In this document: in pieces, positions 44,709 to 55,558 of the stretch
Layout of the letters: each line of letters starts with the position of its first letter
Numbering within the stretch: the stretch's first letter is position 1
Assembly (NCBI GenBank): GCA_963820525.1
Contig: CAWGAA010000001.1
Coordinates: 1,024,001 to 1,088,000, forward strand
Reading direction: 5' to 3'
Origin: an uncultured Spirochaetota bacterium
GTDB taxonomy: Bacteria > Spirochaetota > Spirochaetia > SZUA-6 > Fen-1364
Length of the DNA stretch: 64,000 nt
The notes under the pieces: model-generated
Databases searched by the model: none
What the model was told of the DNA's origin: nothing
The model's input: only the letters and a program-made list of their open reading frames with translations
Position numbers and translations under genes: made by a program

Positions 44709-45623
44709 ATGAAAGACGGCCAGATGGCCAGGTTCGTACTGTGCTTCTTTCTTTTCAGCGCATGCTCTGCTTTCCCCCAGAGCGGAGCCCGGCTTTTCGA
44801 CTACAACGCTGTCGTTCCTTTCAACATCAAGGAAATCTCCGTCATTGACAAGGATGGAATCGCCATTCATGACATCCGCTACGACGCCCAGGACCGGAAC
44901 TATCCCGCGGGCGCCAACGGATTGATTTCGGCCTACCGCCTTGTCCCGCCCGGCGGGGGACCATTCGCCGGCATCGTATTCGTCCATTGGCTGGGGAGCA
45001 CCAACGCCAACAGGGACGAGTTCTTGAAGGAAGCCTCGGCGCTGGCAAAAAAGGGGGCCGAGTGTCTTCTGGTGCAGGGCTACTTTCCCTGGTCGGCTTC
45101 GCCCAAGGACTCTGAGTACGACCGGCGCCAGGTCATTCACCAGACCATCGAGTTTCGAAGGGCTTTGGACCTTCTTCTCTCCCAACCGGAGGTGGATCAA
45201 AAGCGAATAGCCTATGTCGGCCACGACTACGGCGCGCTCTATGGGGGAGTGCTCTCCGGGGTCGAAAAACGGGTGAAGGCCTTCGTTCTCACGGCGGGCA
45301 TGGGGGATTTCAGCACGTGGTTCCTCAAGTTCTGGCTTGGCGGGATGCAGGAAAAAGACCGGGAAACATACACGCTGGCCATGTCATCCGTGGACCCCAT
45401 AGGATACGTGAGCAATGCAAGCCCGGCGGCTCTCTTCTTTCAGTTCGCGACAATAGACCGATTCATCCTCAAGGACACGGCTCTGAAGTTTTACCAGGCG
45501 GCGAGCGAGCCCAAGTCTGTTGCATGGTACGATACCACGCACTCGTTCGATTACGCGCAGGCAACGGTGGATCGCGACCGATGGCTGGAAAATCAGCTCG
45601 AGCTGAAGGGGGGCGGCGGCTGA
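44709..45623 (+). CDS. secreted alpha/beta hydrolase
   Basis: Signal peptide; VDQKRIAYVGHDYG nucleophile elbow; distal D (IDRF) and H (TTHS). Confidence 0.75.
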   Translation: MKDGQMARFVLCFFLFSACSAFPQSGARLFDYNAVVPFNIKEISVIDKDGIAIHDIRYDAQDRNYPAGANGLISAYRLVPPGGGPFAGIVFVHWLGSTNANRDEFLKEASALAKKGAECLLVQGYFPWSASPKDSEYDRRQVIHQTIEFRRALDLLLSQPEVDQKRIAYVGHDYGALYGGVLSGVEKRVKAFVLTAGMGDFSTWFLKFWLGGMQEKDRETYTLAMSSVDPIGYVSNASPAALFFQFATIDRFILKDTALKFYQAASEPKSVAWYDTTHSFDYAQATVDRDRWLENQLELKGGGG

Positions 45624-45668
45624 AGAACGCCGCGGCCCACTGCGGCCTCCCGCCGCGCTTGGCTGGCC

Positions 45669-48600
45669 TCAATTCACCAGCATCGACAGCCTCTCCTTGA
45701 GGAACTCGGCCTTCTCCGAAAGCCCTATCGAGCCGGTCTTCAGCATGAGGCAGGCGGGATGGTCGGGATCGAGGTACGCGCGGCCGGCGCTCTCGCCCAC
45801 CAGCCGCACCACGCGATCTGTCGACACCCTGGACAGGCGGGAGAACTCCACGGCGATGGAGCCGTTCTTCTCCTTGAGAGAGGTGATGAAGAGCTTCCTG
45901 CAGATCACGCGCATCTCTGCCAGGGAGAGCACGCTGTGCACCTCCGGCGGGATGGGGCCGAAGCGGTCCTCGATCTCGCGGTAGACGCGGTCGAACTCCT
46001 CCTCCGTGGTGACCGCGGCGATCTTCTTGTAAACCTCCATCTTTTCCATCGGCTCCGGGATGTAGGAGTCCGGGATGAAGCCGGAGTACTCCAGCTCCAT
46101 ATACACCTCGGGGGCCTCCTCCCTCTCCTTTCCGGAAAGCTCCGCGATGGCTTCGTCGAGGAGCTTCAGGTACAGGTCGAATCCCACGGAAAGGATCTGG
46201 CCGTGCTGCTCGCGGCCCAGGATGTTTCCGGCGCCGCGGATCTCCAGGTCCTTCAAGGCGATCTTGAACCCGGAGCCCAGCTCCGTGTGGTCGGAGATTA
46301 TCCTGAGGCGCTTCATGGCGATCTCCGAGAGCGCCCGCCGATTCGGGTAGAACAGGTACGCGTTAGCCGGAACCCCGGCCCGGCCCACCCTGCCCCTGAG
46401 CTGGTAGAGCTGGGCGATTCCCAGCATGTCGGCCCGGTCTATGATGATCGTGTTGACGTTGGGGATGTCGAGGCCGTTTTCGATGATGGTCGTGGACAGA
46501 AGAACCTGGGCCTCGTTGTGGATGAAGCGGTGCATCGATTCCTCCAGCTCCTCCTCATCCAGCTGCCCATGACCCACAACGACCGAGACCTCCGGCACGA
46601 GCCTTCGAAGAAAGAGCTGGATCTCCTCAATGGTCTCGATCCTGTTGTGGAGGTAGAACACCTGCCCTCCCCGCGTGACCTCCTCCCGGATGGCGCGTGC
46701 CACGAGCTCCTCGCTGAACTCCATGACGTAGGTCTCTATGGGGAGCCTGTTCTGCGGCGGGGTGTTGAGCACCGACATGTCGCGGATCTTCATCAGCGAC
46801 ATGTTGAGCGTCCGCGGGATGGGAGTGGCGGTGAGGGTGAGGCAGTCAACCGAGGTCTTCATCTGCTTCAGCCTCTCCTTGTGCTTCACCCCGAAGCGCT
46901 GCTCCTCGTCCACGATGAGAAGCCCCATGTTCTTGAAGCGCACGTCCTTCTGGATGAGACGGTGGGTGCCGATGGCGATATCGATCTCCCCCTCGGCCAG
47001 GCCCTTGAGCGCGGAGGCGATCTCGCGCTGCGAGCGGAAGCGGGAGAGCATGGAGATCTTCACGGGGAAGCGGCTGAATCGATCCATGAAGGTGTCGAAG
47101 TGCTGCTCAACGAGGATGGTGGTGGGCGCAAGAAGCGCAACCTGCTTTCCGCCCATCACGGCCTTGAAGGCGGCGCGAAGGGCTATCTCGGTCTTGCCGT
47201 AGCCCACGTCTCCGCAGATCAGGCGGTCCATGACCGTGGGGGACTCCATGTCGCGCTTCACGTCGTCTATGCAGGTGAGCTGATCCTCGGTCTCCTGGAA
47301 GGGGAAGGCGGCCTCGAACTCGCTCTGCCAGTCCGTGTCCGGGGGGAAGGCGAAGCCCTGATCCGTCTTGCGCTTGGAGTACAGCTCCAGAAGGCCCTGG
47401 GCCAGGTCTTCGACGGCATGCCGCGCCCGCTCCTTGCGCTTCTGCCAGGCCTTCCCCCCGATAATGTCCAGCTTGGGTTTCCTGCCCTCCTGGCCGATGT
47501 AGCGCTGGATCAGGTTCACCTGCTCGAGGGGGATGAAAAGCTTTTCCGTCTCGGCGTACTCGAGGCGGATGTAGTCCCGCTCGTTTCCCGCGGCGGAGAT
47601 CCTCTCTATGCCGAGGAAGATCCCGATGCCGTAGTTGACGTGCACAACGTAGTCCCCGGGCTCGAGCTCGACAAAGCTTTCGATCGCGGTGCTCTTGGCC
47701 GTTGCTACGGATCGGGGGATGTGGCGCTTCCTGCCGAAGATCTCCGTTTCCTGGATGACCATGATCTTCTTGTCAGGAAGGGTGAAGCCGGCGGAAATGC
47801 TCTGGGGAAGGATTTCGACGTCGAGATCCTTGAGGATGTGGCGGAGCCTGTCCGCCTGAACGTCATAGACGGCGAAGACGAAGATCTTGTAGCCGCTCTC
47901 CAGCGCCGCGGTCACCTCTTCGCGGAGAAAGGTGAAGTTGCCGAAAAAAGAGCGCGGGCCGTCACAGGGGAGCGTGATGAAAAGCTCGGCGGGGGCGACG
48001 CCGCGCTCCGCGGGGCCGCTGCCTGCCTTGCCGCCCGCCGGCGGGGTTTCCGCCGGACGCGCAAGGGAGGGAAAGTCGACGCGACGCGCCGGCTTGGCGG
48101 CCAATGCGCCGAAGTCGAGGAGGATTTTCTGGGGCCCCGGCACCACGAGCTTCCGGGCCCTGGCGCGGCGGAAAAGCTCCAGGTACTCCTTTCGAAGCGC
48201 GTCGCCGCCCTGCTCCAGCCTCTCCTCATCCGCGAAAAACGCCGTGGAGCCGGGGCCCATGTAGTCGAGAAGCGAATACGAGCGCTGGGAGCACAACGGA
48301 TAGAAGATCTCCACCCCGTCCATCTCCGGGTCTTCCCTGATCCGCGAGAGAAGCTCTTCCGTCTCCCTTGGCTCGAAGCCCTGGGAGAGCAGGCCTGCGG
48401 AGAGCGTGCGCAGGGTCTCCTCCGCGAAGATGAGCTCGCGGCACGGGGTGACGTCGATCCTGGGCAGGCTCCCCGTGGAAGACTGGTCCAGGGTGTTGAA
48501 GCTTCTGATATCCATGACCTTTTCGAAATCAAGAGTCACGCGCACCGCCTGCTCGCTTCCCGGGATGAAAACGTCCACAACCTCGCCCCGCACGGCGAAC

Positions 48601-49133
48601 TCACCGCCCATGCTCACCACGGGAACCCGCAGGTACCCCAGGCCGGCCAGGCGTGCCGCCGTCTCCTGCGTGTCCAGACGCTGGCCCCGGGAGATGGAGC
48701 AGGTCTGGGCAGAGAGGAGTGCAGGGTCGGGAAGCGGGGTGAGAAAAGCCCTCAGGGAGGCTATCACCAGCAGGGGCTCGCCCGCCATGAGCCGCGAGAG
48801 GACCCGCACGCGGTCCCCAAAAATGGAGGCGCGGGGATTTGCACCCTCGTAGGGAGCGGTCCCCCACCAGGGAAACACAACGGGGGATGAGCCTTCGGCG
48901 AGCGTGGAGAAGTCCTGGAAAAGGCCTTCGGCCTCGCGCTCCGTGGAGACCACGGCCAGTGAGGCAGCCGCCTTCCGTCGGGCAAGGTCGCTCAGTACTA
49001 TAGAAAGATATCCGCCTTTGGGCCCCAGGATCCGCAGGGACAGCTCCTCGCCCTTGAAAGCGGCGAGCGCCTGGCGGTAGGGGGGTGAGTATTCCAGGGC
49101 GCGCTCTATTTCTTTTCGGAACAAGTTTCGCAT
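45669..49133 (-). CDS. mfd: transcription-repair coupling factor
   Basis: GDVGYGKT, DEEQRFGV, TATPIPRT, QLRGRVGR, DLEIRGAG. Confidence 0.97.
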   Translation of the reverse strand: MRNLFRKEIERALEYSPPYRQALAAFKGEELSLRILGPKGGYLSIVLSDLARRKAAASLAVVSTEREAEGLFQDFSTLAEGSSPVVFPWWGTAPYEGANPRASIFGDRVRVLSRLMAGEPLLVIASLRAFLTPLPDPALLSAQTCSISRGQRLDTQETAARLAGLGYLRVPVVSMGGEFAVRGEVVDVFIPGSEQAVRVTLDFEKVMDIRSFNTLDQSSTGSLPRIDVTPCRELIFAEETLRTLSAGLLSQGFEPRETEELLSRIREDPEMDGVEIFYPLCSQRSYSLLDYMGPGSTAFFADEERLEQGGDALRKEYLELFRRARARKLVVPGPQKILLDFGALAAKPARRVDFPSLARPAETPPAGGKAGSGPAERGVAPAELFITLPCDGPRSFFGNFTFLREEVTAALESGYKIFVFAVYDVQADRLRHILKDLDVEILPQSISAGFTLPDKKIMVIQETEIFGRKRHIPRSVATAKSTAIESFVELEPGDYVVHVNYGIGIFLGIERISAAGNERDYIRLEYAETEKLFIPLEQVNLIQRYIGQEGRKPKLDIIGGKAWQKRKERARHAVEDLAQGLLELYSKRKTDQGFAFPPDTDWQSEFEAAFPFQETEDQLTCIDDVKRDMESPTVMDRLICGDVGYGKTEIALRAAFKAVMGGKQVALLAPTTILVEQHFDTFMDRFSRFPVKISMLSRFRSQREIASALKGLAEGEIDIAIGTHRLIQKDVRFKNMGLLIVDEEQRFGVKHKERLKQMKTSVDCLTLTATPIPRTLNMSLMKIRDMSVLNTPPQNRLPIETYVMEFSEELVARAIREEVTRGGQVFYLHNRIETIEEIQLFLRRLVPEVSVVVGHGQLDEEELEESMHRFIHNEAQVLLSTTIIENGLDIPNVNTIIIDRADMLGIAQLYQLRGRVGRAGVPANAYLFYPNRRALSEIAMKRLRIISDHTELGSGFKIALKDLEIRGAGNILGREQHGQILSVGFDLYLKLLDEAIAELSGKEREEAPEVYMELEYSGFIPDSYIPEPMEKMEVYKKIAAVTTEEEFDRVYREIEDRFGPIPPEVHSVLSLAEMRVICRKLFITSLKEKNGSIAVEFSRLSRVSTDRVVRLVGESAGRAYLDPDHPACLMLKTGSIGLSEKAEFLKERLSMLVN

Positions 49134-49169
49134 GGAATCTACCGAATATAGTAAGCGGGAGAGTACGTC

Positions 49170-50114
49170 GTGAGAAAAGCTATCGCCATCCTCGCGCTCT
49201 GCGTGTGCCTATTTCCCATCTCCGCCGCGAGCGCTCAGGACCAAGCCGAGTTCACCATCCGCTTCTTTGACAAGAAGGTCTACTTCGTGGGAGACCAGAT
49301 CATGGCGGAGGCGGTAATCACAAACACCACCGCCCAGACCCTCACCTTCGAAGTCGCGGACAACCGGGTCTTCAGCCTCGACTTCGACGTTCGCACCGCG
49401 ACGAACCTGGCCCTGGATCACGCGGCAGACTTTATCACGGCGCGAAACTCGGATCAACCCGTATTCTTCCGCGAGGTGAGCCTGCAGCCGGGAGAGAAGT
49501 ACTCCATCGTCGTGGACATGACCAAGTACGCAGCCGTGGCCGACGCGGGGCTCTACGTGGTGCAGGGGCGGTTCTACCCCCAGCTGTGGCGCGGGAAGGA
49601 CTCCCATTCCTTCACCTCCAACAGGCTCACCCTCGACGTGAAGCCTCCCGTCGTCACCCAGGAGGAGCGGGCGGTTGTCGAAGCCCAGACCGGGGCGCTC
49701 ATCACCCGCCAGGCGCTCCCCCCGGACCAGGTGGTTTCCTATACCATCCAGGCGCGGCAGAAGAGCCAATGGGACAAGTTCTTCCTCTATCTGGACTTGG
49801 AGAGCCTTTTGCGCAAGAACCCGGACAAGGACAGGATCTGGCGGCGCTCCAGCCAGCAGGCGCAGGCCGCCATGCTGGGCCAGTTCCGGCAGCAGCTCAT
49901 GTCGTCCAGGATCGAGCAGGACATCATCATCATCCCTACCTCCTTCTCCATCCAGAAGACCACATATTCGGCCACGGACGGCACCGTCCAGGTTATGGAG
50001 CGCTTCCAATATGCCGACTACGCCGAGATCAAGCAGTATACCTACTACTTGAAAAAGCAGGACCAGTACTGGATAATCACTGATTACGAGATCAAAAACC
50101 TCGGAACGCAATAG
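49170..50114 (+). CDS. secreted hypothetical protein
   Basis: Signal peptide, host-like codon usage, SD GGGAG; abuts the next gene. Confidence 0.75.
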   Translation: MRKAIAILALCVCLFPISAASAQDQAEFTIRFFDKKVYFVGDQIMAEAVITNTTAQTLTFEVADNRVFSLDFDVRTATNLALDHAADFITARNSDQPVFFREVSLQPGEKYSIVVDMTKYAAVADAGLYVVQGRFYPQLWRGKDSHSFTSNRLTLDVKPPVVTQEERAVVEAQTGALITRQALPPDQVVSYTIQARQKSQWDKFFLYLDLESLLRKNPDKDRIWRRSSQQAQAAMLGQFRQQLMSSRIEQDIIIIPTSFSIQKTTYSATDGTVQVMERFQYADYAEIKQYTYYLKKQDQYWIITDYEIKNLGTQ

Positions 50115-50867
50115 ATGAAGATGCTCCTCGTCGCGGCCCGGGACCAGTTCGTCGGAGTCCTGAGCTACCATCTCAAACCTCTCGGTTTCGAGCTCGAACG
50201 CATGGGAGACCCCGTGCGCGCAATGGAAGCGATCGAGGAGATCGATCCCCAGGCCATCCTCTTCCACGCCGGCGACTTCCCCCGCCACTGGAAGGCCCTT
50301 CTGAAGCTGGTCCGGGAAAGGAAGAACAAGGAGGAGCTGATTTTCCTGCTCATCGCTCCGCACGACTTCGACCTGGACGAGGCGGCGAAGGCCGCGCACC
50401 TGGGAATCAACGGGATCATTGGGGAAGATCTTTCAGACAAGCAGGAGCTGTATCGCCTGGAGGAGCTGGTCAGGCGGTACCGATCGGTACGCGAGAAACG
50501 AAACTTCGCCCGCCTGATACCCACACAGGACGACTCGCTGGGCTTCGCCTTCACCCATCCCCGCCGCCTCTCCCTGGTGCTGGGAAAAATCAGGGAGATT
50601 TCCATCCAGGGCGCCAGCTTCTACCCCTCGGAAGCTTCCGTGGTATCCGATCTTACGGTCGGCCATGAGATCAGAAACTGCTCCCTGAAGGTGGGCGACG
50701 AGATCATCTCCGTCACCTGCCGCCTGACAAGAAACCGCGAAGAGCTGGGCTTCCAGTTCCTCTCCTTCGAGGAAGGCGGGCATCACAAACTTTTGCGGTA
50801 CATCCAGCAGCGCCCCGATCGGGCCCTGAAGAGCGCCCTGGCGGCGCAAGGCGGCTCGGAGATCTGA
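50115..50867 (+). CDS. receiver-like domain plus degenerate PilZ protein
   Basis: N-terminal CheY-like alpha/beta pattern; KRNFAR (RxxxR) and EISIQG. Confidence 0.65.
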   Translation: MKMLLVAARDQFVGVLSYHLKPLGFELERMGDPVRAMEAIEEIDPQAILFHAGDFPRHWKALLKLVRERKNKEELIFLLIAPHDFDLDEAAKAAHLGINGIIGEDLSDKQELYRLEELVRRYRSVREKRNFARLIPTQDDSLGFAFTHPRRLSLVLGKIREISIQGASFYPSEASVVSDLTVGHEIRNCSLKVGDEIISVTCRLTRNREELGFQFLSFEEGGHHKLLRYIQQRPDRALKSALAAQGGSEI

Positions 50868-50928
50868 TTGGGTTCAGCCCGCCGCGGGCCGGGACCCCAG
50901 TCGCACGGGCGCCGGGGACTGAACCGCC

Positions 50929-52773
50929 CTAGGACACCAAGGGCAGCGCGGGCTTCGATCCTTTTCCGTCCACCAGCTTCAGGAACTCTTCCCGCTCCAC
51001 AACTTCTTTTTCCAACAGCAGGGTCGCAAGGGCCTCCACCACCTGCCGTTTCTCCTGGATGATGCCGCGCGCCTTGTCGTGGGCCTCCCCCAGGATCCGG
51101 CGCACTTCATCGTCTATTTCGGAGGCGATGCGCTCCGAGTACTCCTTCTCCGTGGGGAACCACGAGTCGCCCTTGAGGAAGGGGTTGTGGGGCCGCTCGT
51201 AGGAAGAGAGCCCCATCTTGCTGCTCATTCCATATTCTTTCACCATGGCCCGGGCGATGTCCGTGGCCTTGAAAAGGTCGTTCTGCGCGCCGGTTGAGAC
51301 GTCGTTGAAGAAGATCTCCTCCGCGGCCCTCCCTCCCAGGAGGGATGCAAGCTTTGCTTCCAGCTCGTTCTTGGTGACGAGATAGCGGTCCTCGGTGGGA
51401 AGCTGGATGGTGTAGCCCAGGGCTGCGATCCCGCGCGGTACGATGGAGATCTTCTGCACCATGTCGTAGCTGCCCGTGTACTGGGTCACGATGGCATGCC
51501 CCGCTTCGTGGAACGCGACGATCTTCTTCTCCGCCGGGCTTATCAGCCTCTTCTTCTTCTCGAGGCCCGCGATCATCCGATCGATGGCCTCGCTGAACTC
51601 GGCCATGGTGACTTCCGTCTTGGAGTGGCGGGCCGCAAGCAGCGCCGCCTCGTTGACGATATTGGCAAGGTCTGCCCCCACCATTCCCGGGGTGCGCTGC
51701 GCGATCACCCTCAGGTTCACGTTGGGACTGAGCTTCACCCCTTTCGCGTGGATCATCAGGATGGCTTCCCTGCCGTTCAAGTCCGGCCTGTCCACCAGCA
51801 CCTGGCGGTCGAACCTTCCGGGCCGAAGGAGCGCCGGGTCGAGGATCTCGGGCCTGTTGGTGGCGCCCATGATGATGACGCCCTTTCTGGTGTCGAACCC
51901 GTCCATCTCGGTGAGAAGCTGGTTCAAGGTCTGTTCCCTCTCGTCGTAGCCGCCCATGGGGTTGTAGCCGCGGGCCTTGCCCAGCGCGTCAAGCTCGTCG
52001 ATGAAGATGATGCAGGGCGCCTTTCCCGACGCCTGGCCGAAGAGGTCGCGCACCCGCGCGGCGCCCACTCCGACGAACATCTCCACGAACTCGGAGCCCG
52101 AGATGCTGAAGAAGGGCACGCCCGCTTCTCCCGCCACGGCCTTGGCGAGGAGAGTCTTCCCCGTTCCTGGAGCGCCCACCAGGAGAATGCCGCGGGGGAT
52201 CCTCCCTCCCAGGAGCTCGAAGCGCCGGGGGGTCTTGAGGAAGTCCACCACCTCCTGAAGCTCCTCCTTGGCCTCCTCGATGCCGGCCACGTCCGCGAAG
52301 GTGATCCGCTTGGCCCCCTGGTCCGCCACCAGCTTGGCCTTGCTCTGACCGAAGGAAAGCACGCCCTGGCCCCCCGATCCCATTCTGTACATGAAGAAAT
52401 TCCACAGGGCGAACATGAGAACGATGGGCAGGACCCAGGACAGAATGTTGGCAAGCCAGTTGTTCTGCGTCTTGCCCGTGAACTTCACGTCATGAGATTG
52501 AAGGAAGGTGGTGAGGTTGGGATCGTCGACGCGCACGGCGTGAAAATCCATGGGCTGGCCGTTGGGGCCTTTCATCACCCCCTGGATGTCGGTGGGCGAG
52601 ATCACCACGGACTGCACCTTCCCATCGGTGGCCGCCTTGATGAAATCGCTGTAGGCGATATCCGTGACGGCGAAGCCCCCCTGCATGAAGTACTGGAGGG
52701 CGAGGATCATCAGCAGCCCGATCACCACGTACCCGATGGAAAACTGCGTCTTTTTGTGCTGTTCCGGGTTCAT
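50929..52773 (-). CDS. ftsH: ATP-dependent zinc metalloprotease FtsH
   Basis: Two TM helices, [26 protein letters not shown]. Confidence 0.96.
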   Translation of the reverse strand: MNPEQHKKTQFSIGYVVIGLLMILALQYFMQGGFAVTDIAYSDFIKAATDGKVQSVVISPTDIQGVMKGPNGQPMDFHAVRVDDPNLTTFLQSHDVKFTGKTQNNWLANILSWVLPIVLMFALWNFFMYRMGSGGQGVLSFGQSKAKLVADQGAKRITFADVAGIEEAKEELQEVVDFLKTPRRFELLGGRIPRGILLVGAPGTGKTLLAKAVAGEAGVPFFSISGSEFVEMFVGVGAARVRDLFGQASGKAPCIIFIDELDALGKARGYNPMGGYDEREQTLNQLLTEMDGFDTRKGVIIMGATNRPEILDPALLRPGRFDRQVLVDRPDLNGREAILMIHAKGVKLSPNVNLRVIAQRTPGMVGADLANIVNEAALLAARHSKTEVTMAEFSEAIDRMIAGLEKKKRLISPAEKKIVAFHEAGHAIVTQYTGSYDMVQKISIVPRGIAALGYTIQLPTEDRYLVTKNELEAKLASLLGGRAAEEIFFNDVSTGAQNDLFKATDIARAMVKEYGMSSKMGLSSYERPHNPFLKGDSWFPTEKEYSERIASEIDDEVRRILGEAHDKARGIIQEKRQVVEALATLLLEKEVVEREEFLKLVDGKGSKPALPLVS

Positions 52774-53069
52774 TTCCTTTTCACCTCTTTGATGGCTTTC
52801 CGCAGTCGCTCCCAGGGGTCCGCCGGAATATGACTGAAGCGACACCCCGGTGCGTGGATCGAGCGGGCGCGGTATACACCTTCCGCCAGGTCCTCCCTGT
52901 GCACCGGCACAAGCCCCATGCGGGAGAGCTGCGCGAGAAGCGTGAGCCGGCGGCTGGGCAGGTTCCAGCAGGCGGGGCAGACCCCGATCGTCGCCAGGTC
53001 TCCCGTGCGCTTGCCGCGCACGCGGACAAAGGCGCGCCCTTCCAGCACCGCCTTCTTCCTCACGTTCAC
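52770..53069 (-). CDS. small basic hypothetical protein with CPAC and H...C, coupled to ftsH
   Basis: GTG start with SD GGGAG; its stop overlaps the ftsH ATG (ATGA). Confidence 0.55.
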   Translation of the reverse strand: MNVRKKAVLEGRAFVRVRGKRTGDLATIGVCPACWNLPSRRLTLLAQLSRMGLVPVHREDLAEGVYRARSIHAPGCRFSHIPADPWERLRKAIKEVKRK

Positions 53070-53223
53070 GTAAGTCGATTCTCCCGACTTCAATTTAATG
53101 TCTGTGCAGGTCGAAAACAAGCGACGGAAACGCGTGCTGTCGGAGGCCCCCGGCGTGCCCGACGCTTTCTTGACACTCCCACTCGCGCTCGCCTATACAA
53201 TGGGGACTCTCGAGGAGGCATGA

Positions 53224-54216
53224 GTGAAGGTTCTTTTCACGGGTATTCAACCCACCGGCGATATCCACATCGGAAACTTCTTCGGCGCAATCAGGAACTG
53301 GGTGGACATCCAGGCGCGGTACCGATCCTACATCTCCATCGTGGACCTTCACGCCGTCACGATTCCCTATGAGGCGGCCGAGATGCCCGCCCGGGTCTCC
53401 GAGCTGGCCATGACGCTTTACGCATGCGGCATCGACATGGAAAAGACCACCCTCTTCGTGCAGTCCGAGGTGCCGGGCCACGCGGACCTCACGTGGCTGT
53501 TCAACTCGATCACCCCGCTGGGAGAGCTGGAGAGGATGACCCAGTTCAAGGACAAGGCCGCCCAGTTCAGGAAGACCGTGAACGTGGGGCTCCTCGACTA
53601 CCCCGTGCTCCAGGCCGCCGACATCCTCATCTACAAGGGCGAGGTGGTCCCCGTGGGCGAGGACCAGGTCCAGCACGTGGAGTTCACCCGGGAGGTGGCG
53701 CGGCACTTCAACTCGCGCTACGGCGACACGTTCCCCGAGTGCGAGGCGCTCCTCGCCTCCTCCCCCCGGATCGTGGGGCTGGACGGCGAGTCCAAGATGA
53801 GCAAGAGCAAGGGAAACACGATCGGCATCCTGGAGACCCCCGAGGAGATCTGGGCAAAAATCGCACCGGCAAAAACCGACCCGGCGCGGATGCGCAGGAG
53901 CGATCCCGGGCATCCCGACCGGTGCAACATATTCTCCTATCATGGGCTTGTCACCCCGAGCGCCCAGCGGGAGGAGATCTCCGCCGGGTGCACGTCCGCG
54001 GGGATCGGCTGCATCGACTGCAAGAAGATGCTGCATGCGAACCTCATGAAGGTCCTGGACCCCATCCGCGAGCGTCACAGCGAGCTTGCCGGCGGCCGAA
54101 GGGCCGAGGTGAGCGATCGGCTGGAGGCAAACGCGGAGGCGTGCAGAAAGGTGGCGGCCCAGACCATCCTCGAGGTGAAAGGGAAAATGGGGTTGAAGAA
54201 AGTATGGAAAATCTAG
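53224..54216 (+). CDS. trpS: tryptophan--tRNA ligase
   Basis: GIQPTG, HIGN, GEDQ, KMSKS. Confidence 0.96.
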   Translation: MKVLFTGIQPTGDIHIGNFFGAIRNWVDIQARYRSYISIVDLHAVTIPYEAAEMPARVSELAMTLYACGIDMEKTTLFVQSEVPGHADLTWLFNSITPLGELERMTQFKDKAAQFRKTVNVGLLDYPVLQAADILIYKGEVVPVGEDQVQHVEFTREVARHFNSRYGDTFPECEALLASSPRIVGLDGESKMSKSKGNTIGILETPEEIWAKIAPAKTDPARMRRSDPGHPDRCNIFSYHGLVTPSAQREEISAGCTSAGIGCIDCKKMLHANLMKVLDPIRERHSELAGGRRAEVSDRLEANAEACRKVAAQTILEVKGKMGLKKVWKI

Positions 54217-55541
54217 AGCCCGATCTGAAGGACCTGCGCGTCGAAAGCCTGGGAGAGCCCTCTCTCCCCTCCCCCCTTGGACTGAGCACCGTCTATGGGG
54301 ACGACACGGCGAACTACGTTGATGACAGCCAATCCGTCCTGATGCTTCAGGACAGGGACGAGGTGGTGGCCCGGGTCAAGCAGGGGAAGCCTCTCCCCGC
54401 CTTCGAGCGGGCCGGACCGAGGCAGAAGATCTACTTCGATTCGGCGAAAACCCGCGCCGCGATCGTCACCTGCGGGGGGTTGTGCCCGGGAATCAACAAC
54501 GTCATCCGCACGCTGGTGATGGAGCTGTTCTACCGCTACGGCGTGAAAACAGTTTTCGGCATCAGGTACGGATTCCGCGGGTTCATCCCCCGCTATGGGT
54601 ATGAGCCGATGGAGCTCACCCCGGAGACGGTCCGCGACATCCACGAAAAGGGGGGGAGCATTCTCGCCTCCTCGCGCGGGGCGCAGGACGCCGGGGAGAT
54701 CGTCAATGCCCTGACGCGGATGAAGGTTTCTCTCCTTTTCGTGATCGGCGGGGATGGAACCCTTCGGGGAGCCAATGCCGTTGTCAAAACGATACGGGAG
54801 CGGAACCTCTCCATCGCCGTCATTGGCGTCCCCAAGACGGTTGACAATGACATCTCGTTCGTGGAGAAGACCTTCGGACTGGAAACCGCCTTCTCGGTGG
54901 CGGGTGAGGCGATCCGAAGCGCCCACACGGAGGCCATCGGGGCTCCGAACGGAATCGGGATCGTCAAGGTGATGGGCAGGGGATCGGGGTTCATCGCGGC
55001 CAACGCCGCGCTCGCGCTGAACGAAGTGAACTTCGTGCTCATCCCGGAAGTTCCCTTCGCCCTGGAGGGACCCCGCGGGCTCTTTTCCTGCCTGGAGGAG
55101 CGCCTGCGCAGGAGAGGTCACGCCGTGATAATCGTGGCCGAGGGAGCCGGACAGGAATATGTGACCGACCCTTCGGGAAAGAAGGACGAATCGGGAAACC
55201 TCGTCCTGGGAGACATCGGCATTTTCCTCAAGGACGCGATCAAGCGTTACTTCAGGGAGCACACCGACATCTACGTGAACATCAAGTACATCGACCCCAG
55301 CTACCTGGTGCGCTCCGTGCCCGCCAACTCCAACGATTCGATCTTCTGCATGCAGCTTGCGCAGAACGCCGTGCATGCCGGGATGGCGGGAAAGACCGCC
55401 ACGATCATCGGCCTGTGGCACGGCCAGTTCACCCACGTGCCCATCCAGCTTGCAGCCTCACGAAGGAAGTATCTCTCTCCCGAGGATCCCCTCTGGCTGT
55501 CGGTCATTGAGAGCACGGGCCAACCCGCCCGCATAGGGTAG
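54204..55541 (+). CDS. pfkA: ATP-dependent 6-phosphofructokinase (group X type)
   Basis: GGLCPG, GGDG, PKTVDND, MGR, YIDPSY. Confidence 0.9.
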   Translation: MENLEPDLKDLRVESLGEPSLPSPLGLSTVYGDDTANYVDDSQSVLMLQDRDEVVARVKQGKPLPAFERAGPRQKIYFDSAKTRAAIVTCGGLCPGINNVIRTLVMELFYRYGVKTVFGIRYGFRGFIPRYGYEPMELTPETVRDIHEKGGSILASSRGAQDAGEIVNALTRMKVSLLFVIGGDGTLRGANAVVKTIRERNLSIAVIGVPKTVDNDISFVEKTFGLETAFSVAGEAIRSAHTEAIGAPNGIGIVKVMGRGSGFIAANAALALNEVNFVLIPEVPFALEGPRGLFSCLEERLRRRGHAVIIVAEGAGQEYVTDPSGKKDESGNLVLGDIGIFLKDAIKRYFREHTDIYVNIKYIDPSYLVRSVPANSNDSIFCMQLAQNAVHAGMAGKTATIIGLWHGQFTHVPIQLAASRRKYLSPEDPLWLSVIESTGQPARIG

Positions 55542-55558
55542 CAGGCCCTGGGGCTCTT

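Noticed and set aside
45759..48890. 1043-aa plus-strand ORF and many other long antisense ORFs (e.g. 32450-34486, 51496-52833)
   Set aside because: These are shadows of real genes caused by high GC3 codon bias; they carry no recognisable motifs.
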